The notes below the pieces were generated by a model. The model made no database searches. It was not told where the DNA came from and worked only from the letters and a program-made list of their open reading frames with translations. Below are positions 47,814 through 58,948 of a stretch of DNA of 64,000 nucleotides, piece by piece; position 1 is the stretch's first letter, and the number at the start of each line of letters is the position of its first letter. Location of the stretch: assembly GCA_034226945.1 (NCBI GenBank), contig CP120464.1:496001-560000 (forward strand), in the 5' to 3' direction. The stretch is from Picochlorum sp. SENEW3. Its lineage: Eukaryota. The position numbers were made by a program, and so were the translations under genes.

Positions 47814-47943
47814 TTTGTTGCTATTGTGTTACCGAATTCTTTACACTTGCGAGACTATTGCTTTGGTCATGTCAATAATATATTTAAATACGTTATTATG
47901 TAGTACATGCATGGCCCTCTTTGCCGAGAGGCAAGTAAAAAAA

Positions 47944-48621
47944 TCAAAATGACCGAATTGTCCCATCGGCCAATCCCTTGGCTTCTTCTGCTGTGTTTTC
48001 TCGACCTAGAATCGCATTGCGGTGGGGAAATCTCCCATACTGTTCCACGATATCTCTATGCAGTACAGCATAATTCAGCGTTTGGGTCAGAAATTTCACG
48101 GCCGCTTCCTCATTCGCTTTTTTTGCAGCATCTAATAGGGTTTCAAACTGGGCAACACACTCTCTCTGATCCTCGACAGATTCCGAGTGCATCAGTGGTA
48201 GCAGGACGAAGAACTTTTGAAAAAGAGGCATTTGGACCTTATCATGCAATAATCTCTTCGCCAACGGGAGAACAAGAGGATCAGCTTGGTACATTGTTGC
48301 AGAATTCCTGTGCACGTTTCTGCAGAACTGATCCCCGAGGAGAATATATGCCATCTTATGGTCGAAGGGTGCACTCGCATCACTCCAGTGACTATATGTC
48401 CCATCTAATACACGGTCAATGTGCTTGCCAAACTTTAATGCGATTGTAGCGTCAGTTGCATCATTTTTTTCCATCCACATGGGAAGATGCTGTGTCAGGG
48501 GATCCCATTCGCTCGCATTTCTCCATGAGGCTGTTCCATCACCAAACCAAAAGTCTAAAATCTCTTCTGCAACGCCATGCTCTTCATGAGCTGCCTCAGT
48601 CTTACTTTCGCTATTTCCCAT
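47944..48621 (-). CDS. DUF924 family protein
   Basis: EILDFWFG, ILLGDQFCRNVHR, LPLMHSE, HRDIVEQYGRFPHRNAILGRENT. Confidence 0.9.
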   Translation of the reverse strand: MGNSESKTEAAHEEHGVAEEILDFWFGDGTASWRNASEWDPLTQHLPMWMEKNDATDATIALKFGKHIDRVLDGTYSHWSDASAPFDHKMAYILLGDQFCRNVHRNSATMYQADPLVLPLAKRLLHDKVQMPLFQKFFVLLPLMHSESVEDQRECVAQFETLLDAAKKANEEAAVKFLTQTLNYAVLHRDIVEQYGRFPHRNAILGRENTAEEAKGLADGTIRSF

Positions 48622-49049
48622 GGCACTCGGATGACTGCTGTATTTTGTATACGGGGGCGTATAGGGATGGGTTTGTTTTTCTAAAGTACGTATAGGGTTT
48701 ATGATACACTTTTTACCGGTGTATAGTACTCTTATAGACGCAGCACGTATACACGACAATGGTTGCAATTGTAAGATCATTCAAGAAAACCTCGGAACTA
48801 TCGACACTACTGCTATTCTAGAAAATCTACAGCATTACTATCGATTTAAAAGTATTTATTTCTATATTTTCATCTGCTGTGTGGATTCTGTCAATGATGT
48901 TTGAGCAAATGAGGGGCATGCCCCCATGAGGCCATGGCCTTACATAAGGCTCCACTCCTGGGGGATCTGGATCCCTCTGCCCCTTTAATCAAGAGAATGT
49001 CCGTGTACGGTACAAACAATGTTTCTACTCCTGAAGCGGTGGTTTCTAT

Positions 49050-50195
49050 TTATTCAATAGTATACCTGCTGCAGAACTTGTTCATTTCCTGTGCATCAGA
49101 TTCAAAGTACTTTTGTAGATGTAAATGATATTGCTGGAGTTCCTGCCTCTGTGGGTCTGTCCCATTCAGATCCAAAAGTCTGTTGATCCCCAAAGAAGGC
49201 ATGGCGAATGGTTCGACACAAAGATCGTGGTGCGTCAAGTTTGCTACCGTCTGAATTCCATCCATGACTTGGCTGCACATTGTTATCAGCTTTGAGTGCA
49301 GGACGCAAATTTTTGGAAAGTCCGGTAGCCACTTCTCCCAATATGGCAATGTTTCTGAATATCTATACTGAGCCACGCCCTCATGGTAATACTTACTGCA
49401 TCGATCAGTGACTGATATTCTTGCCATGTCACTGAACATTGTTGTTGGTTCCACTGGATACCCCAAGGATTTCCATGCAGATGCAATACATGATTTCCAT
49501 GCATCAAACGAAAGCAGTGACAACTGGCTCCATCGAAAAAAATCTGGTAGTGTCAGGTTCTTTCCCAGATTTCGATGAAAAAACAGAGAGATGTGTGCAT
49601 CAATGGGATCTCTCAAAGTGAATACTAGCAGAGTATTGGAGGGATGAAGCAGTTGCATGATTCTTGTTGGTGTGAGTGGATTGTCGTGATAATTTGGAGT
49701 CTTCTCCGCTAGATATTTGATAGTGGGTGGGCTGCTCTGCACTTTTGAGAAATATCGACCATATTCATAATAATAATTCTTTAATGGCCATCGCTGTGAG
49801 AAAAAGTACGATTCTGATCCACAGCAACCTTTCTTGGCAGCTCTTGCATCCGCAAGCCCAATTTCAGGATGCCCCCCCAACATGGAAAATAGTGCTGTAC
49901 TGCCAGTCTTTGCTGGACCTACTCCTAGGATAAGAGGATAATATCTGCTTCCATTACCCATAGGGATTCCACTCATCTTTCGGAAGCACGTCTGCCTCCA
50001 GCCTCTGTAGACGCAAACTTGATCCCCTATGTTGGGCACTCGTACTCTTTCAAGGCTACTGCTCTGTTGAATCTCAGGAAATAGTTTTGAGTGCGCTTGA
50101 TGTCTCTCCATGAAAAAGAAGACAGATAGATACAGAAATAGCATCCCTAATGCAAAAGCAAACTGCAAGATATTTGAGGTTTGGACTACCCACAT
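49050..50195 (-). CDS. Type II membrane sulfotransferase (heparan sulfate sulfotransferase-like), intronless
   Basis: 5'-PSB GPAKTGSTAL, EKTPNY, 3'-PB LRDPID...S; N-terminal TM. Confidence 0.85.
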   Translation of the reverse strand: MWVVQTSNILQFAFALGMLFLYLSVFFFMERHQAHSKLFPEIQQSSSLERVRVPNIGDQVCVYRGWRQTCFRKMSGIPMGNGSRYYPLILGVGPAKTGSTALFSMLGGHPEIGLADARAAKKGCCGSESYFFSQRWPLKNYYYEYGRYFSKVQSSPPTIKYLAEKTPNYHDNPLTPTRIMQLLHPSNTLLVFTLRDPIDAHISLFFHRNLGKNLTLPDFFRWSQLSLLSFDAWKSCIASAWKSLGYPVEPTTMFSDMARISVTDRCSKYYHEGVAQYRYSETLPYWEKWLPDFPKICVLHSKLITMCSQVMDGIQTVANLTHHDLCVEPFAMPSLGINRLLDLNGTDPQRQELQQYHLHLQKYFESDAQEMNKFCSRYTIE

Positions 50196-50913
50196 GGCTG
50201 GTACAAGACAAGATTAGATACATCTGGTATCACCAAAAAAGATATGAGTGCAATCTCCACGACTCGTTAGCTCCCTAGCACTATTAGCGTGAATACATAC
50301 AAGGAATCAAATCATCTGAAGCGGCCCTTGGGGAACGTTGTTGCATCAGCAGACTACTTTTTACAAGACGCATGAACCTGCAAGGCAATCCTTGTGCAGC
50401 AGTAGCCTAAGAAGAAAATTGGAATTTACTCTACCCCAATCCCCAAAATCTCATGCACCAATCTTCACTCATCCATATCGATATATGCTATGGAACCTTC
50501 GTAACCTTGAAACTTTGAAGTTTCAAACTCGGGTCCCTCCAGAGGCTTAAGCCGAGGAAGTTGGATCCAAGGGAGTCAACCAAAATTAAACAGGACTGGA
50601 CGACAAAGAATATGGCCATTGATTGTCGTATAGTTGTTGTTAGATAACATGCGCTGATCCCATACTGGCCGTGCCATGACAATAAATGCATACCTATTCC
50701 TTCAATTTTACGTGACGTGCACAGCATGTCACGTAATGACGATCAAGCGCTTCTAGAAGAAGTACCGCATTTCCCCGTCAACGCGAATCATCAATGCGAG
50801 ACACGGCCTCAATATATTGTATTTCCTATTGGAGCCTCTAGTCCGGCTGACGGGTTCAATGGGTATCCAGCCTGCAACCTACCTTTTCCGTGCTGTACAC
50901 TGCTATTAGACGT

Positions 50914-52395
50914 ATGTGGAAAAGGTGGAAGCGTTCGTTCGTCTGCAACGCAAAATTGACATATGCAGTACCAGCACTCGTGCTGACATTTGTTATCGTT
51001 TCATCTTTAGTGATATCGTGTAAAGATACGAGAGTCTTGACTTTGAATAGAAAAGATGTGGGTCGAGACAAAGAGACCTCGAGGAACACGATCGTATCAC
51101 TTGCTGAGATTCGAGATCAACAACAGAATTACTGCGAGAGACTAGAGTCGATTCCTGACACAATATCTTCAAGGAATCTCGGTAGGTCATTCGAGAAAGG
51201 CGTTGGCACGATGAATCTTCGAAAGTCAGCGCTTCGTACAAGAAATGGGTCCTATGCAATTTACACTCTGAGTCAAAAAGGATATCATGATATTGTCAGT
51301 CACTCTATTCACAATTCCCAGGCAAGTCGGTCGGATACGTATTTCGAAATGAAGAAACCACGTTTCTCAGATATTGGTCGTCTGCTGTAACCTGTCCCGA
51401 ATATGATAAACTGTGTTGAATTCGTCTGCAGCGATGGGAAATGGCTGACGTGACTGCAGTATTACAAAAGTTACGATTAGCTGCGGAGGGAAAAAGTCCC
51501 AAAGACATATACCTTCTCGACATTGGTGCAAACATTGGTGTATTTACACTTAATGCAGCTGCTTCAGGTTTTAATGTTCTCTCCTTTGAGGCATTTAGAC
51601 CAAATCAAGAAGCTTTGCTGATGTCCATCTGTGCAAACAAGATATTTGACAGGGTGACCATACTCAAACATGCTTTAGGTGATGGAAAAGCATGCGGGCT
51701 CTACTCCGATAAGAACAATGCTTTGAATGGATTTATAAGCTGCTCAGAGAGAGAGCACTTCAGTGGGTACGCATCATACCTTTGGAATACTCACACTATG
51801 TGATATGCTGGGCGCACATTGATTTTCTTTCCACATCTCTATAGATCCAACTTCATGCATGAGGTAAAAACATATGCGCTTGATGAACTAATGCTGAATA
51901 GTGTCGACAAATTGGCAGGGAGAGTAGGGGTATTGAAGATTGATGTTGAAGGCTTTGAGCCAAAGGTGAGTACATTCCTGCAGCATGTCAACGCATGTTT
52001 GACAAGAAGTCCATCATTCAATATGACATAACTGTATGTATTATTTATACCCTTCAGGTCTTTCAAGGAGGCTCAAATTTTATTAGCCTCATCAAGCCTC
52101 GCTACATTCTCACTGAAATCAACTCCGAAATGCTTTCCAGAGGCTCAAATACAACTGTCAAGGAATACATTCACCAGGTTTGTCTTATAATCCTTGTCCT
52201 TCAACAATGTTATATATATGACTTAGTTGTACCATGTATGTTGCGTAGATCATGCGCTTGGGTTATACACCAAAGAAAAGAAGTTTTGATGGTCCAGAGT
52301 TGACAGAAAAAGACATTGATGGTCTAGACATGAAGCAGCAATCTCTAGCGCATAACGAGACTATCTTATTGAACATGTACTTCGAAGCAATGTAA
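50914..52395 (+). CDS. Membrane-anchored FkbM-family methyltransferase, 5 exons
   Basis: TM, DIVSHSI..|RWE, LLDIGANIGVFTL, SFEAF, VLKIDVEGFE, YILTE. Confidence 0.88.
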
Positions 52396-52747
52396 ACAAA
52401 ACCTTCCAAGAACCCAACAACTACATATGCTCAACCTCTTAAGAGTCTTATCTGAAAAGAAAAAAAGTCAAAGTTTTCATCCAGTTGTCTTCCAAAGCAA
52501 GAGCGCGCCAACCACCTATTTGGCATCCTTTCCATTTATGGTTTTTGCCGTGTGCACTATTCTTTCATTATTGATGTATTTTTCAACCTAAATCTGCCTC
52601 AGATGGAGAGATTCGACTTGTCGATGAAGAAGAAGAATGCGACACTCCAGTAGTAGAGTCCAGTTTGATAGAAGCGCTCAGGATCCGTATCGATAAGACA
52701 TAGATTTACTACTAGAAGAAGAACATAAAAACAAGACCTACCGAGTC

Positions 52748-53449
52748 ATGGCTGGAAGAAATCTGAGTCACCCACGCCAGACAGTCAAGCTCTTGGCCTT
52801 GCATAGCTTTCGAACATCCGGTGCGATATTAGAGAAACAAATGGCACTATCAGGCTTCTCCAAGGTACTACAGGAGGAATGCAATGCTGAGATTGTCTTT
52901 ATCGATGCGCCGAATGTCGCATCTGGGCCCATTCCCAATGATGTTGTGGCTGCCTTCCCGAAGACCTCATACTATGAATGGTGGAATGCCACCCAGCGAG
53001 AGGAGGATGGGCAGTGGGAGTACGTGAACGCTGATAGATCGTTGGAATATATTGAAAGGGTATGGAATGAGCATCACGGGTTTGACGGCATTGTCGGGTT
53101 TTCTCAAGGAGCTGCCATGGCAGCGCTGCTTGCGGGGCTGCAACATTCGGGGCAGGCCTTGACAGGATTCTCAAAGCTCAAGTTTATCATTTGCATCGCT
53201 GGCATTCGAGTGCGAGATCCCAGATTTTCAGCATACTATGATAATCTTGCCCATATACCCTCGGTGCACATCATTGGGCAGAATGATCCCATCAAGAGGC
53301 TTACCAACCAGTTGATCAGGAGCTTTCAAGCCCCTGTTGTGTTGACTCATGACCGTGGGCATGTGGTTCCTCGAATACACGATGATATGAAGCGTATTCT
53401 TGTCCAATTCATCGAAAAATCACATTCGCCACGACAGGCACACCTGTAA
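52748..53449 (+). CDS. Serine hydrolase FSH1/OVCA2 family
   Basis: LALHSFRTSG, FIDAP, FDGIVGFSQGA, SVHIIGQND, HDRGHVVP. Confidence 0.92.
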   Translation: MAGRNLSHPRQTVKLLALHSFRTSGAILEKQMALSGFSKVLQEECNAEIVFIDAPNVASGPIPNDVVAAFPKTSYYEWWNATQREEDGQWEYVNADRSLEYIERVWNEHHGFDGIVGFSQGAAMAALLAGLQHSGQALTGFSKLKFIICIAGIRVRDPRFSAYYDNLAHIPSVHIIGQNDPIKRLTNQLIRSFQAPVVLTHDRGHVVPRIHDDMKRILVQFIEKSHSPRQAHL

Positions 53450-53502
53450 TCCATGCTATGTATAGTAATGCTAGAAGAAGGGTGGCATGCTGCTGCTGAC
53501 TC
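52877..53502 (+). repeat. ~626-bp direct repeat, left copy (3' 80% of FSH1 CDS plus 3' UTR)
   Basis: Matches 59431-60058 with 7 coding substitutions and a small difference in the 3' UTR. Confidence 0.95.
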
Positions 53503-53804
53503 ATGGTACGTACATCTGGTATTTGTGGTGGAGGTCTGTGTGGATATAGAAGTATATTTGCTCGGTATTAGACATTGCTGCCGAATGCAGTATAATAATA
53601 TCTTGATAGAGTCACCCGGCTAATAAGATATAATTCACACGTAGAGTACATGTTTTCATTTATCATGAAAATGTTATTTGCATTCCATGGAGCAGTTACG
53701 ATTCATAGCACATGAACTACAATTGTAAACGCGACAGAAGGGTTACACGGTACCAAGAAAACGAGTCCGGATCCAAAAGAATCATTTATCACATAAGTAT
53801 TCTT

Positions 53805-54788
53805 CTAATCAGATACTGTACTGCAAAAAGCATGCAGCGTAAATTTCTCTGCAGGATAGCTGGTGCGATTTGCCTGCAATGCTGCTGGGCAATCATTGGC
53901 CAAACGATTAGGCCACGTATATAGATTCTCAGAAAAGCAATCTTGCTCATCTTTTTTCTGTAATATGACAATATTTGATCCAAACATGATTGATTTCACC
54001 CAGTGATCCACACTCCCAAATACAGTCCTATCATTATCAATGAATTTCTTGTTCACAACTTCTGTCAGACGCTGCATGGCCCTGAACATTGTATCTTTGA
54101 TCTCACAACCACCTCTAGTTATACTAGAACCATACAGTGCCTGACCCTTGCCCCAGAAAGATGTCTCGATATCTTCGATGATGTACCATCCACCTGGCTT
54201 GAGAGCTTTCTCAAACAGAACTTGGTATGAAAGTGATTGCTGCTCAAAATGATGGCCACCATCATCAATAATAATATCAAATCCACCTCCTGTCACAGAA
54301 AGAAAGTCAGTTTCTAGAAAGGACCTATTTGATTGCGAGCCAATAACCATTGAAATCGATTGACCACCCTTGGTTTCCAAGGTTGCCTGGTTCATATCCA
54401 GTCCCCACAAGTCAACAAGAGGAAAATAATCTTTCCAAAGCAAACTGCCACTCCCAGTATCAATACCGATTTCAAGCATTTTGAATTCTTTATCCCTGTA
54501 CGGCTCAAAAATAACCGGATAGAATCGCTGGTAAGCAGCATGACTGAATGTAAATTTGCTAGGCTTGTATATTTCTGCCAGTTCAGCCAGTGCTTTCCTG
54601 CTCTTGACATCACGGTGTGACACAACCGTGGTAGATTCTACACCATACATGGGGTTCAAACCTTGCATTCGTCTCATGCCATATCCGATCAATATCCCAA
54701 GTAAAAGAAACAAAGGTGGTGAGGAGAACCACCAAGGCACTTTCCTCACAGACCAAAAAAGGGGCTGCTCCATTATAATTTGTGACAT
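53805..54788 (-). CDS. Membrane-anchored class I SAM methyltransferase (MycE/TylE-like sugar O-methyltransferase motifs), intronless
   Basis: MLEIGIDTGSGS..W, WGLD, FDIIIDDGGH, LKPGGWYIIEDI. Confidence 0.8.
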   Translation of the reverse strand: MSQIIMEQPLFWSVRKVPWWFSSPPLFLLLGILIGYGMRRMQGLNPMYGVESTTVVSHRDVKSRKALAELAEIYKPSKFTFSHAAYQRFYPVIFEPYRDKEFKMLEIGIDTGSGSLLWKDYFPLVDLWGLDMNQATLETKGGQSISMVIGSQSNRSFLETDFLSVTGGGFDIIIDDGGHHFEQQSLSYQVLFEKALKPGGWYIIEDIETSFWGKGQALYGSSITRGGCEIKDTMFRAMQRLTEVVNKKFIDNDRTVFGSVDHWVKSIMFGSNIVILQKKDEQDCFSENLYTWPNRLANDCPAALQANRTSYPAEKFTLHAFCSTVSD

Positions 54789-55537
54789 GAAAATTCTTCC
54801 ATACAATCTTCTGACACAAATCTAATATGTTGCAGTCATGCTGGTGGGCCGGTATATTTCTGCCCAGGTTTCCTGTCTCGCTTCCTTGGTCAAGTGTTGA
54901 AACTGGTGGCACGGTACGCCAGGAACTGCTGATACAAAATCCTTGTCTCACAGAAGAAAAGACTTCAAAGAAGATCTACTGCCAGATTCAAATCCGATCA
55001 TCGGATGGGGGTTAAAGAAGGCTTCTCTTCAATTGTGACTCACAATTGCGATATGCTCAAATGGCCCGTTCGTCATACAAGTTGTACCGGACCCCGCTTG
55101 CAATTGGGCCCGTGCCCCAGTACCATCATCGGCAGATGCGCTACATTCTGTATATCTCGTAATTAATTACAGTACCATTTTATTCAGTTATGAGTCTTTC
55201 GGAGCTTTACGGTATCTGATTACGGTAAATTATGACAGAGGTTAGGGGACGACAAAAAATATAGTGTCAAAATCAAAATGAAAGTTGGGTTTCTGGGAAG
55301 TACGCTTATGTCTCGAGTGCTCGCCTGACCGCGAGGGTTCAGGAATCTGACCAAAGAATTCTGCAGATTTGGTCACCTCGATTTGATTCTGACACCCACA
55401 TCTGGCAGTAGTAGTAAGGAGGTAATTGCTGTACCCGTAAGACTAGAACTGTCTCACTTTTGCAGAGGATATCTCGGACTATGATAGATAGATTCACGTG
55501 GATATATAACATATATATATATGAGTACAGAGATACG

Positions 55538-56674
55538 ATGAGAGCACTAATTTCTGGATCAGTCCCGCCAAATTCGGGACAATCCTGGCAGAGAAACATG
55601 CTGCTGTTTCTGTTGCTGGCATGTTTCGTCTCGTTTGTCATGTTTGGAACGCAGATACCACGTCGGTTGTCGATTCAATCTTGTATTCTGAATTCTTATG
55701 GAGACAGTATGACGTATAGGTTCATCAACTACACCCCATCTATTCTGGAGGAAGCATGGTACCGCAACAGAGGACTGTATATTGACAATGCATCACGCAT
55801 CTGCTCTGACCTTGATACACATGCCAAGGAACTGGCATCATGGGTCTCTTTCAATACAAATCATCTAAAGAATAATACATATGATGAAACCTCATGGAGT
55901 GGCATAGATAGTGTGTTCTCTAAATTTGTGTATGAGAAGAGTAATGGAGAAACTTTTACACGAATCATAGAGCCATTGGTGGGGCATTTCCGACATCCGT
56001 ATGCTTTACCACACTGCAAACCGATGAGCGTAGAAGCAGTTAATGTCCAAGATAGATCTTATGTTGCTTTTGGAGGCTTGAAGCCATTGGATAACGATGT
56101 ATTCTTTTCCGGTAAACATTACTTATTTGATTTGGGAACCGCTGATTTTCCAACATCTTTGGGATATCTGATAGCAACGTATGCTAAGATTGGGGTGGAC
56201 TTTGACAGGATATGGGCCTGGGAGTCTACTCCAAGGCCAAAGTACTGGGATTCTGTCCCTTCAGAAGTGCAAGGAAAACTTCACTTTTATAACAAGGGGA
56301 TATCATCTGATATCGACGCTCAGTCCCATCCGCTACAAATTCTGTCAAAGTTCTACCAGCCAGGGGACTATGTGGTACGTGTGATACATGAGTATTATAT
56401 ATTCTGGCTCTGATGTGTATTATCTGTGCGAAACCACGACATGCAGGTGTTTAAATTGGATATTGACAACAGCGAATTGGAAATGTCTGTGATGAAGGAA
56501 ATCATGGAAGATGAACATCTGCAGCACATCATATCTGAACTGATGTTCGAAATGCATTATGACTCTCCAGATATGGAACGGTACTTTGGCAAGCCCAACA
56601 TGTCCTACATCAATGTCTTGGAAACATTCCGTTCATGCAGACAGAAGGGCATCTTCTTGCACTACTGGCCATAA
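55538..56674 (+). CDS. Membrane-anchored putative methyltransferase (FkbM-like fold), 2 exons
   Basis: TM, IEPLVGHFRHP, YLFDLG, IWAWE, DYV|VFKLDIDN..E, ELMFEMH; intron 56375-56446. Confidence 0.65.
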
Positions 56675-56743
56675 CTGATCTATATCCAGCAGCCATAGGA
56701 TATGACAAGCTTTTTCATAATAGGACGTCAGTGTATATTGCAG

Positions 56744-57742
56744 TTACATTTCTTTCCTGAAATATGCTGAATGATCGTCTATATATGTCAATTCTATGTC
56801 CAACATACGCACTTTCTGGAAGTCATTCCATGCCCTCTGGACATCTGGATGGGACTTTATGTCGTCAAAAATAACAAATCCATTCTTGGTCACATGATCA
56901 TACAAATTCTCAAGCACGTCATAATATGAATCATAAAAATTTCCATCTATTCGCAGCACAGCAAGCCTCCTTCCATTCCTATCCAACTCTCTCCTAAACT
57001 GTGGTGCAGTGTCTTGAAATAAACCTTGATGAAACTGAACCCTATCATGATTCAGCAAACCATACTTCCAAAAGTTGAATTTGACTTGTGTTTGACTCAC
57101 AGCAAGATAATCATTGTTGTTCCCATACCCACCGACGTCAGAGCTCAACTTTCCGAATGCATCAAAAACATGCACCATCCTCTCCCTCTCGTTCAAAATA
57201 TCAAAGAGACCAGCAGCAAAGATGCAACTCCCACCCCTCCACACACCAAACTCTGCAAAATCCCCTTTTGTTTGAGTTTGAATCACATCAAAAAGAATTT
57301 CCTTAATGTTCCGTATCCGAAGGTGGCCAACCATTGTATGTCCAGTCTCCCCTGGCCAGTCGTTTCCACGCATCCTTTTCTCATCCAATGCAAATTCACT
57401 CTCACTCATATCAGTTATATTCACATGTGTTTTCAGCGTGACATCATTATACAAACTACCCGTGACAGCATTCTCCAACAATGTCAAATATTTTTCAACG
57501 GTTTCCTCAAGAGGGACATGTGGTTGTTTGTTCGTCATCTTCGTATCCGCCTGAATGCCCTGACCGGAGATGGGAATTATTTCTGCTATTTTCAGATCCT
57601 TGAGTGACGTCGTAATCATGACCGCTAGCACTAGTCCGAGAAGCACCGTGAAGACAGCGACCAACGTGCTTTTCTCTCTTTGAACACGATCAACCAATTG
57701 GTTGATTGCATTACCACCGGAAATAGAATTCAAGTAACTCAT
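56744..57742 (-). CDS. TylF/MycF/NovP-family O-methyltransferase with TM anchor, intronless
   Basis: DWP...TMVGHLR, GDFAEFGVWRGG, VFDAF, GLFQDT, LRIDGNFYDS, LYDHVTKNGFVIFDD. Confidence 0.9.
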   Translation of the reverse strand: MSYLNSISGGNAINQLVDRVQREKSTLVAVFTVLLGLVLAVMITTSLKDLKIAEIIPISGQGIQADTKMTNKQPHVPLEETVEKYLTLLENAVTGSLYNDVTLKTHVNITDMSESEFALDEKRMRGNDWPGETGHTMVGHLRIRNIKEILFDVIQTQTKGDFAEFGVWRGGSCIFAAGLFDILNERERMVHVFDAFGKLSSDVGGYGNNNDYLAVSQTQVKFNFWKYGLLNHDRVQFHQGLFQDTAPQFRRELDRNGRRLAVLRIDGNFYDSYYDVLENLYDHVTKNGFVIFDDIKSHPDVQRAWNDFQKVRMLDIELTYIDDHSAYFRKEM

Positions 57743-58036
57743 GTAGGCCGGGTACGCACTTCTGCCATGGTTGTTGCCAGTGGGGAGGCCACAGTCGCCA
57801 AGAGTACTCACCAAACGTATGGTAGTACCAATTCACACCGTCCAAAATATCCTCCCACAATGCAAATATACCAGAACTGCCTGATATACGGATGATAGGC
57901 CAGAGAAATGGTGGCTATTTCACATCATGCCTTACATGCGAAATGCGTACATCTTCAATTCACACATGCTGCAGGTGACCTGCATCATCTCAGTATCCCG
58001 AATCTGGATTCCAGATCTGCTGCTCTGTGTATCAAT

Positions 58037-58948
58037 TCAACCAAAGCATTCAGAGCTCGCATTTCGGACACGCATCACACTGTTCTGGTAATGGTTGATT
58101 CTGATCCTTTCCTTCCTTGGATGGTTTACATGAGACGGGAAATAAAAGGGGCACATGCTTCTCAGAATTGCACCATATCTTTTCATAGCAAATGCTGCCA
58201 CATTCTCTGATCCCCAGTAGAAACGAGGGAAAATCATCAGGTCAAGCGCACTTCGATTTATGTTTTGGAAAACGAATCCATCAAAAGACCCTATAGATCT
58301 ATATTCATCACACCCTTTTATGACATTACCAGAGGAATCGATTTCAGACCTAGATAATGCATACACGACATCACGATTTCCTTCCTGAAAAGAGCAATTG
58401 AATTTCCAGCGAGGAAAAATATTATCAATGCTTGAAGCAACTTTTGGTCCTCGGTACAAAGATCCAATTAGAAATGTTGTTCCATAATTTATAGAACAGC
58501 AGTGCCAAAGATCAAATGTTGTACCAAAAGAGAAACTCTGAAGGGAGGATAACACCTCTAGGGATTCTGAAACAATGACGTAGGTAAAGTTCTGGTTTTT
58601 AGATACAGTTTGTTTGATTGCATCCTTTATAGATGAGAACACTTCATTATCTACAGCATAATCAATCTGGCCAACAACTTTTACATTGCTGGAATCATCC
58701 TTGGCTATTGACCTGTAATAGTTTCGACAGCAATTCCCCTTACTACTGACCTCACACATGAACCCGATACCATCTTCATTCGAAGTTGAAAATCTGTAGA
58801 GAGCCATGCATCCAATCAAGAATACGCCGGACAAAATGAACAGAGTCGCACGTTTGGTACGAGTTCGTAACGAGAATATCTCGTTTACTGTGCCTCGAAC
58901 CAAATCGCATTTCTCACGCGTCTTCCAAAATCTTTCATTCGTAAACAT
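58037..58948 (-). CDS. Type II membrane protein, possibly glycosyltransferase-related, intronless
   Basis: N-terminal TM; YALSRSE...SFDGFVF...YWGSENV...H; 303-aa ORF. Confidence 0.5.
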   Translation of the reverse strand: MFTNERFWKTREKCDLVRGTVNEIFSLRTRTKRATLFILSGVFLIGCMALYRFSTSNEDGIGFMCEVSSKGNCCRNYYRSIAKDDSSNVKVVGQIDYAVDNEVFSSIKDAIKQTVSKNQNFTYVIVSESLEVLSSLQSFSFGTTFDLWHCCSINYGTTFLIGSLYRGPKVASSIDNIFPRWKFNCSFQEGNRDVVYALSRSEIDSSGNVIKGCDEYRSIGSFDGFVFQNINRSALDLMIFPRFYWGSENVAAFAMKRYGAILRSMCPFYFPSHVNHPRKERIRINHYQNSVMRVRNASSECFG

